Origin: Candidatus Woesebacteria bacterium
GTDB taxonomy: Bacteria > Patescibacteriota > Microgenomatia > UBA8517
DNA length: 64,000 bases
Assembly: GCA_016700095.1 (NCBI GenBank)
Contig: CP065002.1
Coordinates: 932,145 to 996,144, forward strand
Direction: 5' to 3'
The position numbers and the translations under genes were made by a program. The notes under the pieces were generated by a model, which ran no database searches, had not been told where the DNA came from, and worked only from the letters and a program-made list of their open reading frames with translations. Shown here one piece after another: positions 50,464 to 58,619 of the stretch. The number at the start of each line of letters is the position of its first letter. Positions within the stretch are counted from its first letter, which is position 1.

Positions 50464-51536
50464 CCAAACGACAAGTATGTATTGTTATTGCTGCCTACAA
50501 CGAAGAAAGGGTTATCGGGAAAACTCTCAGAAGATTGTCAAAGATAATACCTGCAACCGATATTTATGTGGTTGACGATGGAAGCGTAGATAAAACCGCT
50601 CAAATAGCAAGAAAATATACACCCAATGTTCTTACAAAAGCTAACAGTGGTAAAGGCAGTTCATTGCAATACGGAATAAAGAATTTTCGGCTTTGTCAGA
50701 AATATAAATATATTACCCCAAACGACGCCGACTCAATCTTACATCCAAAGTTTTTTGACAAAATTATTGAAACTTTTGAGATGGATAAGGATAGAAAAAT
50801 AGCCGGTATCGCAGGAAAAGTAGTTGGTAGCAATATAAATTGGTTAACCGCCTATCGACTCTGGGAATATGAAATAACGCAATTAATACACAAATCTGCA
50901 CAGTCTATAACTAACTCAATAACCGTATGTCCTGGACCATGCAGTGTTTTCCGATCAAGCATCTTTTACAAAATTAATTACCCCAAGGGTACAATCACCG
51001 AAGATATGGATCTAACATTTTACATTCATAGAAAAAAACTTGGTACGATTGTTTATGAACCGCAATCACTCGCTTACACTCAAGATCCCAAGAATTTAAA
51101 AAGTTACATACAACAAATAAACCGTTGGTACACAGGTTTTTGGCAATGTGTAATCAAACACAACATCCCCACAGGAAGACAACTATTGGATCTGGAAGTA
51201 TCTTTGCTGTGCATGGAGGGGATATTTAGCGGACTGTTTGTTTTATCATCGCCTTTACTTGTATTTCTGTTTATTGGACATCATAATTATTTATTTCTGT
51301 ACGCTATTATTACCGATTTTCTTCTTTTTGTTCTACCCTCTACTTTATATGTGGCAAGTAAATTCGCATCCCCAAAAATACTTCTCTATATTCCGCATTT
51401 TTATTTCTTAAGAGCAGTTAGTAGCTTGATATTTATCAGAAATTATGGGATAGTATTCTTGGGTAGAGATAGAAAACTTAGTGCGAGTTGGGATACTGCT
51501 CGTTATTCATTTCAGAAATTCAGTTCAATTCATTAA
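50460..51536 (+). CDS. Processive GT2 beta-glycosyltransferase (NodC/IcaA/PgaC/chitin-synthase-like) with C-terminal TM helices.
   Basis: 358 aa. Motifs VCIVIAAYNEERVI, VVDDGSVDKT, TEDMDLT and the Q-x-x-R-W motif (QQINRWYTGFWQ), followed by four TM helices. The start overlaps the deacetylase stop (ATGA). Confidence 0.8.
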   Translation: MTKRQVCIVIAAYNEERVIGKTLRRLSKIIPATDIYVVDDGSVDKTAQIARKYTPNVLTKANSGKGSSLQYGIKNFRLCQKYKYITPNDADSILHPKFFDKIIETFEMDKDRKIAGIAGKVVGSNINWLTAYRLWEYEITQLIHKSAQSITNSITVCPGPCSVFRSSIFYKINYPKGTITEDMDLTFYIHRKKLGTIVYEPQSLAYTQDPKNLKSYIQQINRWYTGFWQCVIKHNIPTGRQLLDLEVSLLCMEGIFSGLFVLSSPLLVFLFIGHHNYLFLYAIITDFLLFVLPSTLYVASKFASPKILLYIPHFYFLRAVSSLIFIRNYGIVFLGRDRKLSASWDTARYSFQKFSSIH

Positions 51537-51794
51537 ATTAGCTTATGTCACTACCAATACGAACATTCACAGGAGTAACTTTAATTTATCACCTTATTAT
51601 AGTTATTTTGTACAAAACCTACAAAGAGGGTGTAAGTATTGTCAGAAAAATTAAAATCTCTATTTAACTAAATTACTAAAAGCACACATACTCCGTTTAT
51701 ATTAAACACCAAACTATACCTTTATGTATTAACTAATATATTTCCCAAGGGGAAATTAAACTCATAATTGGTAGGGTAATAGATGTAAGAAAGT

Positions 51795-52067
51795 TTAAAA
51801 TCTAAAAAGAACCGACAGAACTATCATCAGTCCAAGAGTTGCTATCGCCAAATATTCAACAAGAATTGAAACATCTAAGTCTTGGTGTAAGTAATGATGT
51901 ATAACTCCCCATACAAAATAAGAAAATGCTACCGCTACCGCCAGTGATGCCTGAAACATTCTATCGTAAGAAAAATGAATAATCCCAAGGGAACCTGACA
52001 AAATAATACCAACAAGGGGTATGTAATGATTCACGTGTCTTGAAACAATCTTGATTTTACTCATCAT
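51795..52067 (-). CDS. Small integral membrane protein (hypothetical).
   Basis: 90 aa with three hydrophobic helices, located directly downstream of the CAP-domain gene on the same strand. Confidence 0.4.
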   Translation of the reverse strand: MMSKIKIVSRHVNHYIPLVGIILSGSLGIIHFSYDRMFQASLAVAVAFSYFVWGVIHHYLHQDLDVSILVEYLAIATLGLMIVLSVLFRF

Positions 52068-52075
52068 TAGTTAGC

Positions 52076-53002
52076 TTAAAGAATCTTACCGGCTTTAACA
52101 ATAAGGACAATTACAAATATCATTCCCAAAAAGGTCAAATGTGCAATCAGTCTACCGCTTTTTCTGGGAACTTTTTTGTGCAATACAATAGCACTATCAA
52201 CGACCATCACAACTAACAGTAGTCCGAGAATAGTAAGTGAAATAGTTTTTGTTGCAGAAAATGGTGAAATTTCATAGGATGAAGACTTGCTGTTCATTGC
52301 GGTTTTTCCGTTTTGAATATCTCCTACAACAACCGGCTTCTCCTTACTTACAGTTGGTGTCACCGGTTGCGTCGTTGGCGTGACTACTGTTTCATCTACG
52401 GTATAAGCCGCGGCCACAGGAACACTTGTCTTGTCTTTGGCACTCCTGGTTCCAAAAAATTGGACAACAATAGTTGTATCTACACCATCAATATCACCCT
52501 CAACAACACCTATTCCAATTTCTTCGTACTTTGACGAAAGTAAATTTTCCCGATGTGAAGGCGATGCCATCCAGGCTTCAACCGCTGCTGTCGGGTTTGA
52601 GAAATCACGCGCCAAATTCTCGCCCGCATATCGATACACATAGCCCTCGTCTATGAAAAATTTCCATGGTTGCGTACCATCCGGCGAAACATGCGCCCAA
52701 TAGTTTTTCGCCAACATATCTTGCCCCTTGAGATACGCAGCTTTATTTAGTACCTGACTAACTTCTAAGTTACCCACACCATTTTCCCTTCTTTTTTGGT
52801 TTGTAAGATTTACTACTTCATCTATTGAAATATTCGCAGCATAACCAAGGACTTTAACACCCTGCCTTGGAATAATTGTCAAAGCCAGCTGGGATAAGAG
52901 TACGCAAAAACCTATAAGAAAGAGGGTTGAAGAGTGTAGCAATTTAGCCTTGTGATTATTTGAATGCCTGGGAATTATCAAATGCGACAAATATGTAAAC
53001 AT
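52076..53002 (-). CDS. CAP/SCP (YkwD-like) domain protein with a Thr/Pro-rich linker and a C-terminal TM anchor.
   Basis: 308 aa. An N-terminal TM/signal segment. CAP motifs NQKRRENGVGNLEVSQVLNKAAYLKGQDMLAKNYWAHVSPDG and SPSHRENLL. The linker is VTPTTQPVTPTVSKEKP, and two C-terminal hydrophobic helices follow. Confidence 0.7.
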   Translation of the reverse strand: MFTYLSHLIIPRHSNNHKAKLLHSSTLFLIGFCVLLSQLALTIIPRQGVKVLGYAANISIDEVVNLTNQKRRENGVGNLEVSQVLNKAAYLKGQDMLAKNYWAHVSPDGTQPWKFFIDEGYVYRYAGENLARDFSNPTAAVEAWMASPSHRENLLSSKYEEIGIGVVEGDIDGVDTTIVVQFFGTRSAKDKTSVPVAAAYTVDETVVTPTTQPVTPTVSKEKPVVVGDIQNGKTAMNSKSSSYEISPFSATKTISLTILGLLLVVMVVDSAIVLHKKVPRKSGRLIAHLTFLGMIFVIVLIVKAGKIL

Positions 53003-53234
53003 ATATACATATTAGCTTTATAACCAAAGGTAATCAATATTTACTACATATAGTTTTAACTAGATTGCAGGGTGTTTATACACCAAATGTATCCAGTTTG
53101 CATTGATATAATTCGATTACTACTAGCACAGCAACGGTAACGTTCTAGCCACGAAATGTGTTATAATATCCTGTAGTATTTTAAGCGTTTGTTTTAGGAA
53201 TATATTTTGTACCACAAAGTGCGTCAAGTTTTTC

Positions 53235-54989
53235 ATGCAAATTCATATGGCTAATAATTATTTGAAATATATCAACAATTCCCGGAGATATCGTGTTGCG
53301 GGAATACTTTATATTGTTACAACCGTTGTATATCTTTTTTGGCTTAATGGTCATCTTAACTACCAGGATTGGTGGCTAAGTTTGCCTTTCTTTTTTGCTC
53401 AAGCGTATACAGCTATGCTTGTGACGTTGTCCGTTATAAACAACTGGAAAGCAAAATATGAAACCGTTAGACCCACACTGCCAACCAATTTACCATGTGT
53501 AGCAATCGTCGTACCTGTTTACGAAGAGCCTATCGACATCATACAACGTACTCTCAAATCTTTACTACATATATCATACGACAAGGACTTGGTAATCATT
53601 GTTAGTAAGGGATATAACGGCAATTTCAAAGAAACTGCCTATACCCAAAAGCTTATAGATATGGTCAATACTGTTTGCAGTGATCACGCTAATATTTCAA
53701 CAAAATCCGCTAAACATCAAAGAAAAAATATACATCTACTATTTTCCAATCAACAAAATAATGCAAAGGCGGGAAATCTCAATGCTACGCTAGATTTCTT
53801 GGCTAAAGAATATCCATGGATTGATCATGTATTAACACAGGATGCTGACGAAATAGCATATTGCGACTTACTAAAAGCCACGATGGGATATTTCAACGAT
53901 CCCAAAATTGCATATGTTCAAACAATTAAACAAGCAGATGTCAATAAACACGATCCTTTCGGCAACCATGATCTGATGTGGTACTGTCGTACGGCAGCAA
54001 GTAGAAATGCCGATAATGCAATGTTTGCTTGTGGGTCAGGAGTAGTGTGGAAGATTAGCGCCCTTCGCTCAATTGGTGGCTTTGCTACATGGAATTTAGT
54101 TGAGGATCTTACTACCTCATATAACTTACTTGCCGCGGGCTGGAAATCTTCCTACCATTACGAAGCATTGTCTAAAGGCATCGCACCGGAAGATTTACCT
54201 AATTTTATTAAACAAAGAAGTACTTGGGCACTTGACAACATGAGGCTATTCTTTTGGGATAATCCATTATTCAAAAAAGGGTTAACTTTGAGGCAAAAAC
54301 TTCATTTTATTGAAACACCGTTATTTTATCTAAACGGATATGCAGGTATCGCATTTGTACTTACAGTCTCAGCGAGTTTATATTTTCGTGTTTGGCCAAC
54401 TACCTCCAGTGCCTTAACACACGCTTTATTTATCTTTCCTTCATTTATAACCATGGAGATATATTTTTTATTGTTAGCAGACACAATTCCGTTTAGAAGA
54501 ATTAGACAGTTTTGGGTTGGTCTTGCCCCCGTTTTTATTATCACATCATTACAAGCTTTGTTGTACGGTCCCAAGAAAAAACCTACTTACCAAGTAACCA
54601 GAAAAATAAATAAAGTTGGTAACTATTTACATATGGTGTTGCCGCAATTAGTGTTACTTGTATTAATTGTAGTCGCTCTTCTAAAAAATATATTGGGCAC
54701 TCCCTTGTATTCCGGTTTTGATTGGGCTGCGCTTTTTTGGGGTTTTTATCTGGCTTCTTTTTATCTACAAATTATTCGAGTGTCGATGTGGAATTGGATA
54801 CCCGACATAAGTATCGAGGCTATAACAATTGGTGGTTTGCCTAATTGGTTTCCAAATTTTGACAAGCTGAAAAACATATTTGGATCTACTCCATTGATTA
54901 ATCGTAGTCACGGATTCAACACACCAGACAACACTCACCATGTACCTTACACGAAAAGTACTGATTATCACTCAAATAGTAACAAGTAA
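53235..54989 (+). CDS. Cellulose-synthase-like processive GT2 (CesA/BcsA-like catalytic subunit, no PilZ domain).
   Basis: 584 aa. Two N-terminal TM helices. Motifs VAIVVPVYEEP, QDADE, FACGSGVVW, VEDLTTSY and QRSTWALDN (a QxxRW-like motif), followed by six C-terminal TM helices. Confidence 0.75.
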   Translation: MQIHMANNYLKYINNSRRYRVAGILYIVTTVVYLFWLNGHLNYQDWWLSLPFFFAQAYTAMLVTLSVINNWKAKYETVRPTLPTNLPCVAIVVPVYEEPIDIIQRTLKSLLHISYDKDLVIIVSKGYNGNFKETAYTQKLIDMVNTVCSDHANISTKSAKHQRKNIHLLFSNQQNNAKAGNLNATLDFLAKEYPWIDHVLTQDADEIAYCDLLKATMGYFNDPKIAYVQTIKQADVNKHDPFGNHDLMWYCRTAASRNADNAMFACGSGVVWKISALRSIGGFATWNLVEDLTTSYNLLAAGWKSSYHYEALSKGIAPEDLPNFIKQRSTWALDNMRLFFWDNPLFKKGLTLRQKLHFIETPLFYLNGYAGIAFVLTVSASLYFRVWPTTSSALTHALFIFPSFITMEIYFLLLADTIPFRRIRQFWVGLAPVFIITSLQALLYGPKKKPTYQVTRKINKVGNYLHMVLPQLVLLVLIVVALLKNILGTPLYSGFDWAALFWGFYLASFYLQIIRVSMWNWIPDISIEAITIGGLPNWFPNFDKLKNIFGSTPLINRSHGFNTPDNTHHVPYTKSTDYHSNSNK

Positions 54990-54991
54990 CC

Positions 54992-56557
54992 ATGGAACTG
55001 TCATTTAACAAAGTAAAATTTCGCATCACTAAACTTAAGATTGCTTACCTAAGCTTAATATCCGTATTCTTGCTTTATTTGATTAAAGATATGCAGTTTA
55101 ATACGGCATTTGTCGACGAAGCAATATATGCAACTATCGGTGAAGAGGTACTTAGAAAAATATACTGGGAGAATGCAATTTCATGGATGGGTGGATCTTA
55201 TCTCTATCCAGTTATTAGCGGGTTTATTAATCGGTATTATGGACTGGAAGGAATAAGAATGTTCTCAGCATTATGCGTATTAACTGCGGGTGTTTTGTCC
55301 GCTAAATTAGCTCGACTGCTTGGCGGAAAATATAGTTCTCTTGCGGCGCTTATCTTTTTTTTATTTTCTTCACTTTCTCTAAACTTGGGACAACTTGGAA
55401 CTTACGACACACCTAGTCTTATGTGCATGTCGATTTCATTTTATTGCGTAATTACCTCCAGATATCACATTGGTAAACGTAAGTTTTTACTACTTATCTT
55501 ATCATCCTTCTTTATGACACTTGCTGTTCTTAGCAAGTATGTAGCAATTTTATTTGTACCCACAATTATTTTAGCTATTATTCCGACTGTAAAAAATACA
55601 ACAGAGTTTATAAAACATATTCCCAAACTTACTGTATATATTTTGTGTTGGTCTCTTCCATTTACAGCACTAGTGGGTTGGTATGTATTTGTCAACTACT
55701 CACAAGTAATTAATTTTTTTGAAGGCGATTTCTTTTCTGAGCCTTCAAACTTACTAACCATATTTACAACGCTAATACAATCAACTAACTTCATAATCAT
55801 TGGAGCAACCACTTCCCTAGTATATGCTTTGCTTAAAGTTAAGGGGGAGAAAAAATGGTTAGTTATAGTATTGTTTATCGGAGGACTCGCTCCAATCTTA
55901 TATCACCTATCTTCGATGAATATTAGATCTTTTCCAAAACATCTCGTTTTTACTTTATTCTATTGGGTGCCATTAACAGGGTGGATATTAAACAAAATTT
56001 ATACCAAATTAACTCAAGTTTCCAATAGTTTTACTTTTATTAATAATTCTTATCAACTGATTTGGACAACTTTATTTATTCTTATTATCACCAACACATG
56101 GTTAAGTTTTGCCAAACACTGGCAATTCCAAAGATCATGGCCAAGCAGTACTGCAACATTAGAATACTTGAGAGAGCATAGGAAAAATGATGATAAAATA
56201 TTTGCCGAAGCTGCAGCCATTTATAAATTTCATATGTTTGAAGGTTTTGAAGATCCATCCGCGTGGCCTTCCACTTGGCATTTAGAATACAAAGGCAAAT
56301 TTGGCGTAGACGCAATGAAGATGGCTATCAGTGAAAAAGCATTCGACTACATAATATTAAATGATTATTTTACCAGTGAAATTAACCGCGAAATTAAACC
56401 TGTTATTAATGAATATTATGAAGTAGTAGCTTTCGACGATTACAAGCTTAGCGGTGTACACACCATAACAACGCTTGTTTGGCAACCGAAAGATGATACT
56501 AACATACTGGTCCTGAGTGAAAATAACGACTGGTTTTCATATTTTTCCAAACCTTAG
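54992..56557 (+). CDS. GT-C membrane glycosyltransferase (ArnT/PMT-like, DE motif).
   Basis: 521 aa. The N-terminal loop is AFVDEAIYATIGEE. About 12 TM helices and a C-terminal soluble domain. It starts 3 nt after the cellulose-synthase-like gene. Confidence 0.65.
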   Translation: MELSFNKVKFRITKLKIAYLSLISVFLLYLIKDMQFNTAFVDEAIYATIGEEVLRKIYWENAISWMGGSYLYPVISGFINRYYGLEGIRMFSALCVLTAGVLSAKLARLLGGKYSSLAALIFFLFSSLSLNLGQLGTYDTPSLMCMSISFYCVITSRYHIGKRKFLLLILSSFFMTLAVLSKYVAILFVPTIILAIIPTVKNTTEFIKHIPKLTVYILCWSLPFTALVGWYVFVNYSQVINFFEGDFFSEPSNLLTIFTTLIQSTNFIIIGATTSLVYALLKVKGEKKWLVIVLFIGGLAPILYHLSSMNIRSFPKHLVFTLFYWVPLTGWILNKIYTKLTQVSNSFTFINNSYQLIWTTLFILIITNTWLSFAKHWQFQRSWPSSTATLEYLREHRKNDDKIFAEAAAIYKFHMFEGFEDPSAWPSTWHLEYKGKFGVDAMKMAISEKAFDYIILNDYFTSEINREIKPVINEYYEVVAFDDYKLSGVHTITTLVWQPKDDTNILVLSENNDWFSYFSKP

Positions 56558-56687
56558 CTTAATTCATTTGATTGAATAACATGCTGCATCATTTATCACT
56601 TGTGAAAAATATACTTGTTATCCCGCTCTAGCATATCGATGATATTACTGAGAACGAAATACCATCTAATTATTTAAACAAATACAA

Positions 56688-57329
56688 CTATTTTTTGGGT
56701 TTCGCAACTACAATTAGTCTTTTGCTGTCCTTGTAACCGGAGCAAGTATACAGTGTCAGCGTCTCATCCTCGGTCGGTTTTATCACTTGAGTTTCATTGG
56801 GAAAGACTTCTGTAATACTAGTGATTTCGTATGCATGCCATGCTTTAGTAGACACTTCGCTTGAGATATAATTATTATCTACACCATTTTCCCTTATGTC
56901 AGACACACTTAACACATATACACTATCTTTCACTTTTACTTTCTTGAGTGGTTCAAAAAGACCCTCTCTGGCGTGTGCAAATATAACTTGATTCCCTGCT
57001 TTTCCCGGTATGCCTGATCCTTTTCCCCAACCCGCTTTATCATCAAATACCTCCCAATATCCATTTATCACTTCTGCCGTTTTAACTTCTAAATCAATAT
57101 TTACACTTGGTATTATTATCCGAGTAGGTGTCTCACTATCATTATCCGTCTCTCGAAATCCTTCCATCGATATCGGTTCGTCGTTGTATGCATAATTATC
57201 CGGTTGAGTAATAAATATATTGTTCCAGAATATTAGCAAGCTTCCGATTAATAGAATCACACATCCTGCAATTACTTTCTCAACATGTATCTGAAGTGTT
57301 GTTCTTTTGATTTTATTGATTGAATTCAT
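56688..57329 (-). CDS. Sortase-family transpeptidase.
   Basis: 213 aa. An N-terminal TM anchor. Motifs IIPSVNIDLEV, the His region VIFAHAREGLF, the catalytic TLxTC motif (LTLYTCSGY) and a downstream Arg (KRLIVVAKP). It is the last gene of a four-gene minus-strand operon. Confidence 0.7.
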   Translation of the reverse strand: MNSINKIKRTTLQIHVEKVIAGCVILLIGSLLIFWNNIFITQPDNYAYNDEPISMEGFRETDNDSETPTRIIIPSVNIDLEVKTAEVINGYWEVFDDKAGWGKGSGIPGKAGNQVIFAHAREGLFEPLKKVKVKDSVYVLSVSDIRENGVDNNYISSEVSTKAWHAYEITSITEVFPNETQVIKPTEDETLTLYTCSGYKDSKRLIVVAKPKK

Positions 57330-57460
57330 TTTCTAGCGTGATTTTAGAGGATATTAGTAATATTTGCAAAATATTATTTATGAATGTTTATCGTGCCGGG
57401 TAATTAAGCAATCTGGTGTATTCAAGTTGACATAAGGAAACTGAGGTGTTTACTTTTAGT

Positions 57461-58582
57461 TTAGCGATATTTGTATTTTTTATTAACAGAGCTACCGACA
57501 GTTTTTAATCCAAGTCCGACAAAGATAACTCCCATCCAATAGATATATGGATTAACTAAATTACTTGATGTATCGGAAAGCCCTAAGATTTCAATAGCAT
57601 CAATAGCTACAGAATAAACTGCCGCCTGAACTGCATGGGTATTATTCGTACTGCCACCAATAGGATCTCCGGGGTCAACGGGGTCGCTAAAATCATCCGG
57701 ATCGTCCGGGTCTTCCGGATCGTCGATGATACAACAATCATCAATAGTAATCGAGCCAAAATTAATAGGACCGTTATCAATATAGAAATTAAAGTCAATA
57801 TCCCCGGTTAGAATACTCACGTCTCCACTGTTACCATTCGCGTGATTGTTACCGGTATTGAGATCCCATAAAACATTATTTAATATATTTGCAGTGTTAA
57901 ATATATAAGTTGTATCGTTTGCGGTATTGGTGTAATTTAACGAATTGAATGAGTTTACTCCATTCTCGTTAATTACCATGTTAGTACTTGTACTTTTATC
58001 TGAATTAACTTTGACATCGTGAATATTTATTGGGCCATTATTAATACCGCCCGCTACAGTTATACTACCGGTGGAAATATTTACATTGCCGTTATTTTGA
58101 TTTGCTACATTGTTACCCGTATTTACATTTCCATATATAGTATTTTTAATAGTCGTATTTTGATTTACCACTACCTGTGTATTTAGTTCTTGGAAAACCG
58201 AAGTAGTATTAGTAGAACCATTTCCGTTGCCCACTATGGTAATTTCTGTTTCGTTTTGACAGCAATCACCGGTATCCACAAGAGAAGTGTTTGTATTGTT
58301 TTCGACTACGACAGTTTGCGAAGTATCCCCGGTGACAATTTCAACTTCTCCACCATTTTCACTAGCGGTATTTCCGCCCGTGTTTGAATCTATGTGAATA
58401 TTATTATCGATATTTGCAGTGTTTGTTTGAACAACATTCTGATTATTTTCAACTTGAATATTTACTTCATTGTTAGTATCCGAACCATTGCCGGTAATGG
58501 TGATATCAAGAGCCGTAACCAGGCGAACCGGATACGATATCAATATCAACATGGCGAGAATTAATGTAATAATGTTTTTCAT
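57461..58582 (-). CDS. Secreted Asn/Thr/Gly-rich tandem-repeat protein (paralogue C) with a hydrophobic C-terminal tail.
   Basis: 373 aa. A signal peptide, then repeated units (TGNGSDTNNEVNIQVENNQNVVQTNTANIDNNIHIDSNTGGNTASENGGEVEIVTGD; NTGNNVANQNNGNVNISTGSI; NTGNNHANGNSGDVSILTGDI). Cys pairs DCC and DDCC, an acidic DPEDPDDPDDFSDPVDPGDP stretch, and a C-terminal helix YIYWMGVIFVGLGL followed by KKYKYR. Confidence 0.6.
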   Translation of the reverse strand: MKNIITLILAMLILISYPVRLVTALDITITGNGSDTNNEVNIQVENNQNVVQTNTANIDNNIHIDSNTGGNTASENGGEVEIVTGDTSQTVVVENNTNTSLVDTGDCCQNETEITIVGNGNGSTNTTSVFQELNTQVVVNQNTTIKNTIYGNVNTGNNVANQNNGNVNISTGSITVAGGINNGPINIHDVKVNSDKSTSTNMVINENGVNSFNSLNYTNTANDTTYIFNTANILNNVLWDLNTGNNHANGNSGDVSILTGDIDFNFYIDNGPINFGSITIDDCCIIDDPEDPDDPDDFSDPVDPGDPIGGSTNNTHAVQAAVYSVAIDAIEILGLSDTSSNLVNPYIYWMGVIFVGLGLKTVGSSVNKKYKYR

Positions 58583-58619
58583 TAACCGTTTGGCAGAAGA
58601 AATTTTTGGCAGAAGAAAT

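Noticed and set aside
51739-51758. Palindrome ATTTCCCAAGGGGAAAT between convergent genes.
   Set aside because: The stem is short with a 2-4-nt loop and no flanking U-run, so it is weak as a terminator. It could be a protein-binding site, but there is no further support.
1487-56315. Numerous 60-140-aa ORFs on the opposite strand inside the large CDSs (for example 1487-1696, 2063-2323, 3241-3591, 10619-10924, 24963-25313, 48535-48948).
   Set aside because: They are fully embedded antisense to genes with strong family motifs. They have low-complexity or odd compositions typical of AT-rich random frames, and no start context.
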